Below, one piece after another: positions 8,153-17,980 of a DNA stretch of 64,000 bases (position 1 is its first letter; each line of letters opens with the position of its first letter). The stretch is taken from the IMG/VR virus record IMGVR_UViG_3300032219_001867, positions 28,342 through 92,341 of that record; one strand, given 5' to 3'. The translations under genes and the position numbers were made by a program. Source of the stretch: a virus (Duplodnaviria > Caudoviricetes). The notes beneath the pieces are model-generated. The model searched no databases. It had not been told where the DNA came from and saw only the letters and a list, made by a program, of their open reading frames with translations.

Positions 8153-10579
8153 CTACGCCGAAAAATTGGCAAACCTAGAACCCTGAACAGTTTCAATTCC
8201 CGTAGAAGACCGAACAATGTACGGCGTGTTATTTGGCAAGTACTTTGTTAGTTCAACAAAAAGGCGCGAAAGACGCTCAGCCTTATTGTAGAAAAGAATA
8301 GATTCTCCATTAGAAGCAACGCTTGCTCCAAGCTCTGTCATACTTCCGTCAAAGTAATCTCTAGCCACGTAAGCTTGTTCCACTTGAACTGCGTCTATAT
8401 CAATTTGGACACTAGTAGTCACGCTTGCTTTAAAAGATATGTTCGTGTAACTTAGCGGAACAAAAGCGGTTACTTCAAACCTTTGCCAGGAAGTTGACAG
8501 TACAACGGCCTTACTGGCGGCAGTTCCGAGGGTCCCATTATCTATTGGGGTTAAGGATACGGTTACCGTAGGGGTACCCGCGTTCGCTCTAAGGTAGACG
8601 GACAGCGTGTAGTGCCTACCAGCAATGCTGGTTCCTGCATTGGTTGTCGTAGAAACAACCGAAGATACACTAGTTACTACTTGAAGGCACTTTGACCCCG
8701 CAGCAAGGCCCGGTGGAAAACGCGACTCCCGAGTAAGTGTTCCCGCTGTCGTTGACCACCCAGTGGTGTTGGTTTCAAAGGACGGGTTAAGAATGTAATT
8801 TGTTTTACTCGGCGCTAAGGTAGCCGTGATTCCCCTGGCCTCATTAAAACTTGTAACCGAAGAGACAGCAAATTGCATACTGTCTAGCAACACGTAATAA
8901 TCTGGGTATCCAGTCTGGGCAACGGCTGCATCATAACTAACCGACCCTGTAACCACATTGTTAAACGTAAGTTGTACACCAGCAAATGCAGCCGCTTCCC
9001 TAGAAGCGTTTCCAACAGTCGCTGCGCCGGTTCCAACCGTAACGTTGCCGTCAGTAGTAGTAAAGGTAAGGGTGGTGCCAGAAGCTACTGTTACTGTAAC
9101 TTTTTTTGAAAAACCGGCATAAGCGCCCGATTGTGGAATGTTAATCAAAACAGGGTCATTAGTAGTAAACGCAGATGTACTAGCCATAGTTACAGTTGCT
9201 GTTCCAGAACTTATCTGAAACTGGGTTATGTTGGCTGTAGCCGCTGGGGGCGCAGTTGCTGTAACACTTTGTTTGGCCCAAGAAGTGGTTACTGTGTAAT
9301 TACTACCCGTTACTTGCCGAATTTTGTTTCCGTAAATGTCAAACCAAAAAACACTGGGCGTAGAGGTCACTGTTGGTGCACCTGTGTTCTTTTGTTGATA
9401 ATAACTAAAGGTGTACTCGGTGTTAGGAGAAACTTTGATGCCTTCAGTAACAGGGCGAGTTACTCCGTTTGACATCCACGCACCGGCTGTTTTAATAGCC
9501 ACTTGTCCCGTATACCTTAGGTCAATGGTGTTTGCTTCTGTAGCAATGGGAACTGGCGTAAAAAAGTTTCTTGCATAAACGGCGCATCCGTTGTACGTTT
9601 TCCAAAGTCCAACGCCGCGTCTGAAAGTGCTGTCCTGGTTAGAAGTCATTAGGTTTGGGGAGGAAGTTAAAGCAACATCAAAACCCGTCATGGCTTCAAT
9701 CAAAGTAGTTACGCTTTTTGGAGTTCCCTTAGAACCATAAATATAACGGGCTTCTCTTACCAACTGCCTTTGGTATTTTGTGGATGCACGGTTGTCTTGA
9801 GTAAGCCCTAAGTCGTATGCCTTTGCATCTAAGATACTCGTAGAAAAATTAGCCGCAGTGTAATCCGGTAGCAAAAAATCCGCTAGAGTCATTAGCTCAT
9901 CAAGGGTGTACGAAAGACCGCCAAGAAACTTATACAAATCTGAGTTTTGTTTAATTTCATCTAATGGTGATTGAGTTTCTGACGTAAACGTTCTTGGCAA
10001 AAGGTCCAAAAACTTTTCGTGCGTAGTCCGTGTTCGAGTTCTATTTGAATCCGGTTTTGTTCCTGTAACTGTGCCGGTACCTACCACGTCATCGGTATTA
10101 GCAAGTATGGTCGCATGGTCTGTTGCCAATAGAATTTCCAAAGACCCCACGTTAGTCCAGACCAACGCCGTTGCTGCTTCATTGAGGCTAAGCACCCAGA
10201 TTGTGTAGTAAACGTTTTTGCCCGAAGGTAGGGCCTGAACTCCTGGAAAATACGTAGCATCTTGCACACCTGTGGTTAGGTAAACAGAACGAGATGTTTC
10301 TCCAATAGGAGCGGCACCATCCAACTTGTACTGTTGTTGTTCTGGTGAAATTGACGTCTCGTCATAAACAATGATTCCGTCTTCTTGAGATTCAGAAAAG
10401 TTATCGGAATTACGAACAACCCTAATACGCACAATGTCTGTGGCTGGTTGTTTCCAACTCAAAAAAATGTTGTCATAGTTTATTGCGATGCCATAAAAGG
10501 GCGCAATAGACAACGTGCTAGTAGCGGAAGTTCCGTAATATGCACCAGAGTTGTAATTAAAAGTAGTATACCGAGGCAT
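8153..10579 (-). CDS. baseplate wedge/tail protein with carbohydrate-binding-like domains
   Basis: P2 gpI-like segment (ARYIYGSKGT...IEAMTG), repeated NPSFE/CBM4-9-like beta domains; in baseplate operon. Confidence 0.65.
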   Translation of the reverse strand: MPRYTTFNYNSGAYYGTSATSTLSIAPFYGIAINYDNIFLSWKQPATDIVRIRVVRNSDNFSESQEDGIIVYDETSISPEQQQYKLDGAAPIGETSRSVYLTTGVQDATYFPGVQALPSGKNVYYTIWVLSLNEAATALVWTNVGSLEILLATDHATILANTDDVVGTGTVTGTKPDSNRTRTRTTHEKFLDLLPRTFTSETQSPLDEIKQNSDLYKFLGGLSYTLDELMTLADFLLPDYTAANFSTSILDAKAYDLGLTQDNRASTKYQRQLVREARYIYGSKGTPKSVTTLIEAMTGFDVALTSSPNLMTSNQDSTFRRGVGLWKTYNGCAVYARNFFTPVPIATEANTIDLRYTGQVAIKTAGAWMSNGVTRPVTEGIKVSPNTEYTFSYYQQKNTGAPTVTSTPSVFWFDIYGNKIRQVTGSNYTVTTSWAKQSVTATAPPAATANITQFQISSGTATVTMASTSAFTTNDPVLINIPQSGAYAGFSKKVTVTVASGTTLTFTTTDGNVTVGTGAATVGNASREAAAFAGVQLTFNNVVTGSVSYDAAVAQTGYPDYYVLLDSMQFAVSSVTSFNEARGITATLAPSKTNYILNPSFETNTTGWSTTAGTLTRESRFPPGLAAGSKCLQVVTSVSSVVSTTTNAGTSIAGRHYTLSVYLRANAGTPTVTVSLTPIDNGTLGTAASKAVVLSTSWQRFEVTAFVPLSYTNISFKASVTTSVQIDIDAVQVEQAYVARDYFDGSMTELGASVASNGESILFYNKAERLSRLFVELTKYLPNNTPYIVRSSTGIETVQGSRFANFSA

Positions 10580-10588
10580 TTATGCTCC

Positions 10589-11050
10589 TTAAGCGCCGCC
10601 ACCATCAAAGTCGTTGGCTACCAACGTCCCAGCAGGTGTGACATAAGTTACGGCTGTGGCGCTACCCGGCGCAGAAAACTCAATAAGGTTGGCTGTCTGA
10701 CTTGTAATAGCAGCAAGCTTAAGGCCAACTACCGTTGTGCCCGAAGGGGTAATGGTAGAACCACCAAATTTGTTTACCAAATTATTGGTAGCAATTCTTA
10801 CTCCAAGCTCAATGTTGTCAAGCCGAAGTTTTACGGTAGCAGGAGTAGCTCCAACAGGGTCCGTCCAAGCGGAACTAGAGGTAATTGCGCCCCAAGCACC
10901 AGCGGTACGAATTCTAGGGCTAAGACCCAGCTCATCCCCTATAGCTTTTATTTCGTCGTATGCTGAGTTAACGTCCGCTGCAACAACCGTGTCTGTACCG
11001 TCTGTTTTAGCCGGTAAAGAGATTGTATTTCCAGGGTAATTAGCCGCCAC
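10589..11050 (-). CDS. minor tail/virion protein
   Basis: 153-aa ORF in tail module, SD AGGAG. Confidence 0.5.
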   Translation of the reverse strand: MAANYPGNTISLPAKTDGTDTVVAADVNSAYDEIKAIGDELGLSPRIRTAGAWGAITSSSAWTDPVGATPATVKLRLDNIELGVRIATNNLVNKFGGSTITPSGTTVVGLKLAAITSQTANLIEFSAPGSATAVTYVTPAGTLVANDFDGGGA

Positions 11051-11105
11051 GGCGTCTCCTTAAAGTCTTACTTCTATTTTGCCCGTTTATATGGGGACTT
11101 ATTGC

Positions 11106-11306
11106 CTATAACCCAATGACAGCGCGTGCTTCTTCTTCAGTAAGCCCCAGTTCGGCAAGTTTTACTAGGGCAGTTTCTTTGAGTGCCACTTGCTCCAACT
11201 CGCGTTCTTTATTCTCTTTCGCTTGGGCAACTAGCGCTGCGTTAGCGGCGAGTTCCTCTGCCGAAGGCACATACTCGCTACCCATAATTTCTTCACTCAT
11301 TATCAC
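11106..11306 (-). CDS. putative tail-fibre assembly chaperone
   Basis: short helical protein ending KLAELGLTEEEARAVIG, directly after a fibre-like gene. Confidence 0.45.
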   Translation of the reverse strand: MIMSEEIMGSEYVPSAEELAANAALVAQAKENKERELEQVALKETALVKLAELGLTEEEARAVIGL

Positions 11307-13066
11307 TCCCTATACCCGTAAACCATTATTGTTGCTGCAAACGTTCCACTTGGAACAAACAACTGAAAACCGGCTGTTGTAGCAGTTGAGTTCATGGAAC
11401 CAGCAAATGTCCAAGCCGTCGGCGCGCCCGAAGCGCCCCAACGTCCATTCCCCGCTATCGAGGTTCGCGTTGACGAGCTAAAAGGAGCGTAAACGTCAAA
11501 AGACCGAGCAGAAAAATTGGCGTCCATAGCCGACATTTGAAAGCGCGAATCTAAACTAGCGAAAAAGCCTGAACCGTAATATATGTTTCCCGCCTGTGCG
11601 CCGATATTTTGCCAGTTGTACGCGGTTGACGTTGTGTTTACAGTCCCGGAGGAATTTACGCTTCTGAAAGACATATAGTCACCGCCCGCCGTATCGTTTA
11701 TGACAATGCGGTAATTTGTATATGTTGACGAAAAAACGCCGTTTACAACAATTGCCGTGTTATTGCCGGTAGCGGTTATTTTGCCTGTTGAACTACTAAA
11801 CGAAACACTTCCGCCAGTAGAAGAAACGCTGGTGGGAATGATGGGAACCAAGCCCGCACCGGTCGAAACACCAGTTCCGCCCCGAGCAATCAACAACGTG
11901 CCAGAAGTAATGTCGTCACTCGAATGAACGTGAGCTGTGGGTGTACGAGCGTCACTTAATCGTGAGTCAGTTGTTATTACAGCAGTTCCCGTAACGGCAC
12001 TTGGTGCAATCTCAATTGTCGTATTGCTTGCGGCGGTTAAGCGCCCCTTAGCGTCTACTGTAAAAGCTGCAACAGCAGAAGCCGAGCCATAACTTCCCAA
12101 CGTAACACCTGAGGTTGCAAGTGTTGGGTTAGGATACGTGCCAGTAAGGTCGCCACCAGCTGACGTAGACGACGTAAGCAGTGTTGCACTTGATGGGATT
12201 GTAGTTGAGTTAATAGTCACACCGGCAATGTTGCTAATGGTGCTACCTAGAGCTTGAGACGTAGAACCAAAAGTAATAGAAGAATTTGAAAGCTTACTGT
12301 TCGCAATTGACCCAGCCAACATTGTGTTGGTTACAGTGCCTGTGTCGGCTAACGTAACAGCCGTACCCGATATTTTTGACGCGGCAATTGCAGCGGAGGC
12401 ATTGATGTCTGCGTTAACGACGGTTCCGTCAAGAAGCATTGTTGAAGTAACCGAACCTGTATCGCTGGTGGTAACAAGCGTTGAACTGGCAGGAATAGTG
12501 GTGCTATTTACTGAGGTAACGTTTGGCAAGGAAGTTGTCGCTGAAGTGATAAACGACCCGCTTGTAGGAAGCGTGACCCCGTTAATTGACGTGACACCCG
12601 TTGGTGTTGCGCTCAGAGCAATCGTTCCCGCGGACGTTATGGTTCCGCCCGTAAGGTTGGTGCCCGCTGTGATGCTGGTTACCGACCCGCCCGCCCCGGG
12701 AATCCAAGAGCTGGTTGAAGACTGATACTTAATTACCTGACCGTTAGTAACCCCAGCGGTGTCAACATCGGAAAGACCATCCAAAGACAGGTTTAGTAAG
12801 TTTTGGTTTACACCAAACGTTCCGGACAGTACTGGGAAAGAAGGGTCTCCACCCTCAAACTGAATCCAAACTCCCTGACCAATTTTAGGCGGGTTAACAC
12901 GCACACCATTAGCGTCTTTTACCCAAGCCCAATCCGTAATCTCTTTTGCAAGAATCTGCGGTATCTGAACTTTAACGCGCCCTTTGTTAAGGGGGTCAGC
13001 GTTACTAACGACAATCCCCCTATAGATACCGTAAAATCTACGGTTTCCATAAGAGTCTAGAATCAT
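11303..13066 (-). CDS. baseplate spike (gp5/gpV OB-fold) fused to a fibre-like extension
   Basis: YRGIVVSNADPLNKGRVKVQIP...PKIGQGVWIQFEGGDPSFPV OB-fold, then ~490 aa S/T/G-rich fibre and a tip domain. Confidence 0.8.
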   Translation of the reverse strand: MILDSYGNRRFYGIYRGIVVSNADPLNKGRVKVQIPQILAKEITDWAWVKDANGVRVNPPKIGQGVWIQFEGGDPSFPVLSGTFGVNQNLLNLSLDGLSDVDTAGVTNGQVIKYQSSTSSWIPGAGGSVTSITAGTNLTGGTITSAGTIALSATPTGVTSINGVTLPTSGSFITSATTSLPNVTSVNSTTIPASSTLVTTSDTGSVTSTMLLDGTVVNADINASAAIAASKISGTAVTLADTGTVTNTMLAGSIANSKLSNSSITFGSTSQALGSTISNIAGVTINSTTIPSSATLLTSSTSAGGDLTGTYPNPTLATSGVTLGSYGSASAVAAFTVDAKGRLTAASNTTIEIAPSAVTGTAVITTDSRLSDARTPTAHVHSSDDITSGTLLIARGGTGVSTGAGLVPIIPTSVSSTGGSVSFSSSTGKITATGNNTAIVVNGVFSSTYTNYRIVINDTAGGDYMSFRSVNSSGTVNTTSTAYNWQNIGAQAGNIYYGSGFFASLDSRFQMSAMDANFSARSFDVYAPFSSSTRTSIAGNGRWGASGAPTAWTFAGSMNSTATTAGFQLFVPSGTFAATIMVYGYRE

Positions 13067-14967
13067 CAGCTAATCCGAACAGCCGTCAATGTGTACGTCT
13101 TAGAAGTAGTGCCGTCTTCAGCAACGACCAGGATTGTAATCTCAGTCACTCCTACTGGAGTAGTAACTGTTTTAGGAGTGCTAGTTCCGCCCGAGTAAGC
13201 AACCGTGCCATTAATGTACGTTTTTGCGTCAGTGTCTGTGGGGACAGCCGTCACTACGATGTTTGCACTGCCCGCAGTCACTGTAGTGGTGTAGTCACCA
13301 AACGTGTTTCCAGAAGACCAAGCAGGGCTGAACGCACCGCTGTTTGTTGCTGAGAAAGTATCCAACGTAGCAACTGTGCCCAATGCCGTAATAACAAGGT
13401 TTGTCGGTTTAAAGACGAAGATTTCTCCCGCAGTTGCCGCAAGGCTGTTTCTAATAGCGGCTTCTCCAGTGCGATACAACGTAGTAACTTTTACATTGTT
13501 AATTCCGGGAGCGTAACGCAAGAGAAATTCAATTTCTTCAGGGTGAATAACTTGCCCAAACGTATTCGTTGAAAAAGAGTAATACGTTGCAATGTACTCT
13601 TGTATGTAAGATTCAACAACGGAGGATGTAAACTGAGGAAATTTACTGTACGTAATAGCCAAAGAAACGTTGCTGTACGTAGGGGGCGAAATAGTGAGTT
13701 GTACTCCAATTTGCGTTTTACCCTCAAAAGAAGCCAACAATGAAGTTTGCAGGTCAGTCCACTCAGCTGTTACCGCCGTGTTTGCTTCGTCTTTTCCTGG
13801 GTAATAATCTGTAGAGTTTGCTTCTCTTCGAGGAGCTGCATACACCGTTACGTTTGACCAGATTGTAGAAATTGCGTTTGCTTTCCCTACTAAAGTGTTC
13901 TGCTGCGCAAGACTACTATAATCCGAAAGTGAAACAGCTCGGTTAAGAGCAGTTGTTGCTAACGGAGCGTTGGCCTTAATTGAATCGATTGATTCTGGGT
14001 CAACTCCTCCCGTACCTACCGTAGTGTTGGTTACTGTGTAAGTTGCGTTGTACGCGCTAACGTTAGGGTCACCCGGAACGTAAGAGATATAAGACAGTGC
14101 CCCAATAGGAATGTTACCTATTGTTCCGCCACCGTAAAGATAATCTGCTTTTATATCGGAGTGGTTTACCGGAATGGCTCCTGAAACACCATCACCAAAA
14201 GTAATGTAAACGGTATTGTTTGCGTTTGTGTTGAGTCTGTAAACACTATCTACTGGAGAGTAGTCGATAAGGTGGTCAACTTTATTCCAGACGCCGTATA
14301 CGTCACCGGTTTTTACGTACACAGTTGTAGTACCGTCTACAACTTGTGACTCTCTGAAAGCATAGCTTTGAAAAGCAGTTCCATCTGACCGACCAATAAG
14401 TTCTCCAGCAATATCTCCAGCACCACTTGCAGCGTTGGCAGTACGAGTAGAGACATACTCACCGTGCGTTCCAGAAACCGTGATTACTGTCACACCGATT
14501 GCAAAAACTGCTGCTTCTGTAGTCGTAAACGTAAGGCGTACAGTTGTGTCGTTGACTGTAACTGTTCCAGTAACTTGTGTGCCCGCAGGAATTGTAGCCG
14601 CCGAGCCGCTTGCAGTTCTAGTAAAACGGATTGAACAGGTTGCGCTTTTATACCCTGAGGGGGTATACCCCAACCCAATTGCCAGGTTGTAAATGCTTTC
14701 TCGTTGAGTTGCCGTAAAAATACTAGACTCGTTAGCAATACGGTCAATGTAGTAACTTACAACGTCTCCCATGTATGAGAACGCTTCAATAAGGGCAACA
14801 CCAAAGTCCGCCGGGTCGTTTCCGTACCATTTGCTAGTCGAGTTTGTGTTTACACGGTCTTTGACGCGAGTAATTAGCGCATCTCGCAAAGAGTAGTAAT
14901 CCCTACCGGTGTAATCAATTGTTACCGGAGCGGGGCTTACTGGGGTGGTTTCTGGCTCGATACTCAC
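13066..14967 (-). CDS. baseplate wedge subunit (gp6/baseplate J-like)
   Basis: IDYTGRDY, DFGVALIEAFSY, FGDGVSG, GGVDPES and RAVSLSDY motifs. Confidence 0.85.
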   Translation of the reverse strand: MSIEPETTPVSPAPVTIDYTGRDYYSLRDALITRVKDRVNTNSTSKWYGNDPADFGVALIEAFSYMGDVVSYYIDRIANESSIFTATQRESIYNLAIGLGYTPSGYKSATCSIRFTRTASGSAATIPAGTQVTGTVTVNDTTVRLTFTTTEAAVFAIGVTVITVSGTHGEYVSTRTANAASGAGDIAGELIGRSDGTAFQSYAFRESQVVDGTTTVYVKTGDVYGVWNKVDHLIDYSPVDSVYRLNTNANNTVYITFGDGVSGAIPVNHSDIKADYLYGGGTIGNIPIGALSYISYVPGDPNVSAYNATYTVTNTTVGTGGVDPESIDSIKANAPLATTALNRAVSLSDYSSLAQQNTLVGKANAISTIWSNVTVYAAPRREANSTDYYPGKDEANTAVTAEWTDLQTSLLASFEGKTQIGVQLTISPPTYSNVSLAITYSKFPQFTSSVVESYIQEYIATYYSFSTNTFGQVIHPEEIEFLLRYAPGINNVKVTTLYRTGEAAIRNSLAATAGEIFVFKPTNLVITALGTVATLDTFSATNSGAFSPAWSSGNTFGDYTTTVTAGSANIVVTAVPTDTDAKTYINGTVAYSGGTSTPKTVTTPVGVTEITILVVAEDGTTSKTYTLTAVRIS

Positions 14968-15404
14968 GAGTTCTCCTCATACAACGGTTGCGTACCAGAA
15001 AGGGTAGCTATACCGACTTGGGTTCTTACTTCATCTTGATTAGGAAGCAGATATTCAACAGAAACAACGAGTTCCTCTGAAGAAACGTTGTACTCTGCAA
15101 GAATATCCTTTACTTCTAGTGTAGGGAATGTTGAAGAAAATAACGCGGATACATTTTCTTCAATAGTTCTTTGAATTTCCCCAACCGTGTCAAATTGAGA
15201 AAACGAGACATCTGACCCAAAATTAGAGCGCATGACACGTTCGCCAAGAATGGTGCCAACCGCAGACCTAACTTTATCTTGCCAAATTTTACTTTGGTCA
15301 ACAGTCTTTGCAATGTTCCCCGTGGAGTCAAACGTGAAAGGCAGGGAGATTGCTTTTTCTGCAATAACAGGTACGGTCATGGTTTCCTCGTTACGGTTTG
15401 CCAC
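14964..15404 (-). CDS. gp25-like baseplate wedge/sheath initiator
   Basis: T-GERVMRSNFGS motif; start may be at 15380. Confidence 0.85.
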   Translation of the reverse strand: MANRNEETMTVPVIAEKAISLPFTFDSTGNIAKTVDQSKIWQDKVRSAVGTILGERVMRSNFGSDVSFSQFDTVGEIQRTIEENVSALFSSTFPTLEVKDILAEYNVSSEELVVSVEYLLPNQDEVRTQVGIATLSGTQPLYEENS

Positions 15405-16669
15405 AGAGCAGGAGTTCTTTTGAATCCTTGTTCCCCAGGCAAAAAGCCCGGTGCTGAAGTTACTAGTTTAATGTCTTTAGTCAGTTGGTGCATAGGAAAG
15501 GCTAATCTTTCAGGTATGTTGACTGTGCTAACATCCCTATTTTCATTTCCTCGAAAGTTTGTAACGTTGTTTGCCCCAGTACCGTCTGTAACAATTTTCA
15601 TTGTTACGTTGTAATCGCCAAACTTTTGAAAAATGTGGTGCGCTTCTTTGATTACCCAGTAGCCATCTGTAAGGTTTCCTGTTCCCAGTACGCGAACCGG
15701 GTAATACGGGCGAAAACGAGGGTCTCCCGCACACTTAACTCTGGCGGGCAAGTTAAACCGCGCCATAGAAGCCGCGCCCTTAGAAGCGGACTCGGCGTCT
15801 TTATTGGAGAGGACAACTTGGTCTGTGCGGTATTCCGAAAATAAAACGTCACTAACGTTTGACCTCAATTTATCCCCCGAATCTCCGGGAGAAGATACAG
15901 AAGAAACCATCTCACCAGTAAAGGGATTGACGCCAGACAAGTTCTTTTCGGTCCTTAAATGGTCAGAGTTTTCCGCGTATTCGCTTTTCATTACCTCAAA
16001 CTCGTCTAGAGTCCTATCAAAATATTGTCCTCGGTAAGTGCTGCTTGAATTGTCTGAATAGAGCGTTGGAATAGAAGTTACATTTTGATTGATAATTGAA
16101 TCAAAATCTCTAAAGTACAGGGTGTTTTCACTTACAAACATTGCAAACCCAATGCGTTTTGCTTGCTCCTGGAGCCACTCCCAGTACGAATGCCCCGCAA
16201 TAACTAGTTGTGGAAACCTTCGAGAGTCTTTATCCCCAACAAACCCCAAACCATTTTCTTGAGCAATAATAGCCGCTACTTCAGAAACTGTTACATCCGT
16301 AAAAGTTTTTGTTGCCCGTTCTTTCAATGGAAACGAAGACCCAATGCAGTGAACTTCCATAAGACGTTCTCGTTGTGAGGGGGCAACCGTCTTAGAAATA
16401 GAAGAAACATACCCATACCAGGTTCTCTCTAGACTTCCCTGGTTCCAGTGAAATTGAACAGGAACACCCGTTTGAATTGTGTCAAACCACGTCTGTCCGG
16501 TAGTGGTAAAGGTTACAACCAGGACATCGTGGTTGCCTTGTTTTTCATACAAGTCAACTTTTCGGGGTTCTTTCAACAAAGAAGGAATAGTAGGAAAACT
16601 AAGCTTAAACTTTGTTATGCGCCGAGGCTTTGATTTGGGATTGTTTAAGTGGCTTAAATTAGTTGACAT
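15377..16669 (-). CDS. baseplate hub (gp27/gpD-like)
   Basis: SEVAAIIAQENGL, SYWEWLQEQAKRIGF, GDPRFRP...GYWVIKEAHH; position in operon. Confidence 0.75.
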   Translation of the reverse strand: MSTNLSHLNNPKSKPRRITKFKLSFPTIPSLLKEPRKVDLYEKQGNHDVLVVTFTTTGQTWFDTIQTGVPVQFHWNQGSLERTWYGYVSSISKTVAPSQRERLMEVHCIGSSFPLKERATKTFTDVTVSEVAAIIAQENGLGFVGDKDSRRFPQLVIAGHSYWEWLQEQAKRIGFAMFVSENTLYFRDFDSIINQNVTSIPTLYSDNSSSTYRGQYFDRTLDEFEVMKSEYAENSDHLRTEKNLSGVNPFTGEMVSSVSSPGDSGDKLRSNVSDVLFSEYRTDQVVLSNKDAESASKGAASMARFNLPARVKCAGDPRFRPYYPVRVLGTGNLTDGYWVIKEAHHIFQKFGDYNVTMKIVTDGTGANNVTNFRGNENRDVSTVNIPERLAFPMHQLTKDIKLVTSAPGFLPGEQGFKRTPALWQTVTRKP

Positions 16670-16937
16670 TAGGAATCCTAATCGTCGCACCTACGGGAAT
16701 AGTGTGTGGGTTAAGAACTTCTGGGTTGTAGTCCATGACTCTCCACCACAAAGCCGCTGTACCTAAAAACCCTTTAGACACCAAATCAATGCGGTCCCCT
16801 TCTGCCCAAACGTACAAAAAGTAATCCGTGCGTTCTGTTGGAAAGTTCCTAAACACAGTAACTTCATAGTTTTCAGACCTACTATTGTAGGCCCTAAAAA
16901 TGTCTCCGTTTGCATAGCGGCTATCTGTGTATATCAT
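16659..16937 (-). CDS. LysM/tail-X-like baseplate protein
   Basis: EGDRIDLVS...LWWRVMDYNP...IPVGATIRIP. Confidence 0.8.
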   Translation of the reverse strand: MIYTDSRYANGDIFRAYNSRSENYEVTVFRNFPTERTDYFLYVWAEGDRIDLVSKGFLGTAALWWRVMDYNPEVLNPHTIPVGATIRIPNVN

Positions 16938-16939
16938 GA

Positions 16940-17980
16940 TTACATTCCGTTGTAGTCTGGGATACGGTTGAAGCTCAAGCTTGCAATCGAGAAGATAGGA
17001 GTCATTCTTTCATTAAACATTTTGTGGGTAAGACTAAAGCTATTGATGAAGCCCACGTATTTAAGAGAACGTCCTAAGTAAAGTTCTACAGGGCGACCAC
17101 TAAGCCAACCTACGTCAGCGGTAACACCACGAAGTTTTGTGTTGAGTTTGAATCCTAGAACCGTAGATAGCAGGAACTCAACGTCGTACATTGTTCCCTT
17201 GTTAAAAATTTCTTTCTCTTCAATTTCATCTTTTGGCATTCTTGGAGAATAAAGATTAATGCCATCTTTCTTTTTAAAGTCTGACTTAATAGTCCCGTCG
17301 AGTCTGTAATAATTCATATCAAACACACGGTTAAAAACCATGTCGAAAGAAATAGTACTTTGAGTTACTTGGGAACCTACAAGGTTAAACTTTTCTTGAC
17401 CGGAAATTTCCATTGCCGCGTCGGTGTTAGGCGCACCGGCAAAGTTCATGGTTATTTCCGTAGGATTGTAGTGAAATTGAAATCCATAACGACGGTGTTC
17501 TGCGGGCTGAAGTTTTGTTTGCGCTAAATCAGGAACTATAGCTCCATCTGCTCCAGGGTCAGAACCAGCAGGAACAAAAAGAGTAATCATGCCTTTATTA
17601 GTACCAACATTTTGCCACAGCTGATTGGGGTTAGTAACCGTAGTTACTCTGTCGCTAACCCTACCTTCAGGAGTAGGAGACATTGTTTTAAAGAATCCAC
17701 GAGAGTCTCTAAAGTAAGCGTCTTTAACACAACCAACATTGTAAAGTAGCTCGTTAGCGTTATACGTAAGAGCAGGACCCCTAGTTTCTGGCGGGGTAGG
17801 TTCCGCACCGCCAAGCCTGGGGATAGGAACAATAGGGACCCGACCAGTAGACCTATAATATGCGCTCAGCGACCTGGCGCTTGTTGCAACCATATTTGGG
17901 TCCCGAACGGGTCGTCTGGGTTTTGCAATAGCTGGCGGAACACTACTTTTCTGAACCTTAAAAGGACTATAAAAAGACAT
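16940..17980 (-). CDS. tail tube initiator-like protein
   Basis: FQFHYNPTEI...YVGFINSFSLTHKMFN..P pattern; between tape measure and LysM genes. Confidence 0.6.
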   Translation of the reverse strand: MSFYSPFKVQKSSVPPAIAKPRRPVRDPNMVATSARSLSAYYRSTGRVPIVPIPRLGGAEPTPPETRGPALTYNANELLYNVGCVKDAYFRDSRGFFKTMSPTPEGRVSDRVTTVTNPNQLWQNVGTNKGMITLFVPAGSDPGADGAIVPDLAQTKLQPAEHRRYGFQFHYNPTEITMNFAGAPNTDAAMEISGQEKFNLVGSQVTQSTISFDMVFNRVFDMNYYRLDGTIKSDFKKKDGINLYSPRMPKDEIEEKEIFNKGTMYDVEFLLSTVLGFKLNTKLRGVTADVGWLSGRPVELYLGRSLKYVGFINSFSLTHKMFNERMTPIFSIASLSFNRIPDYNGM

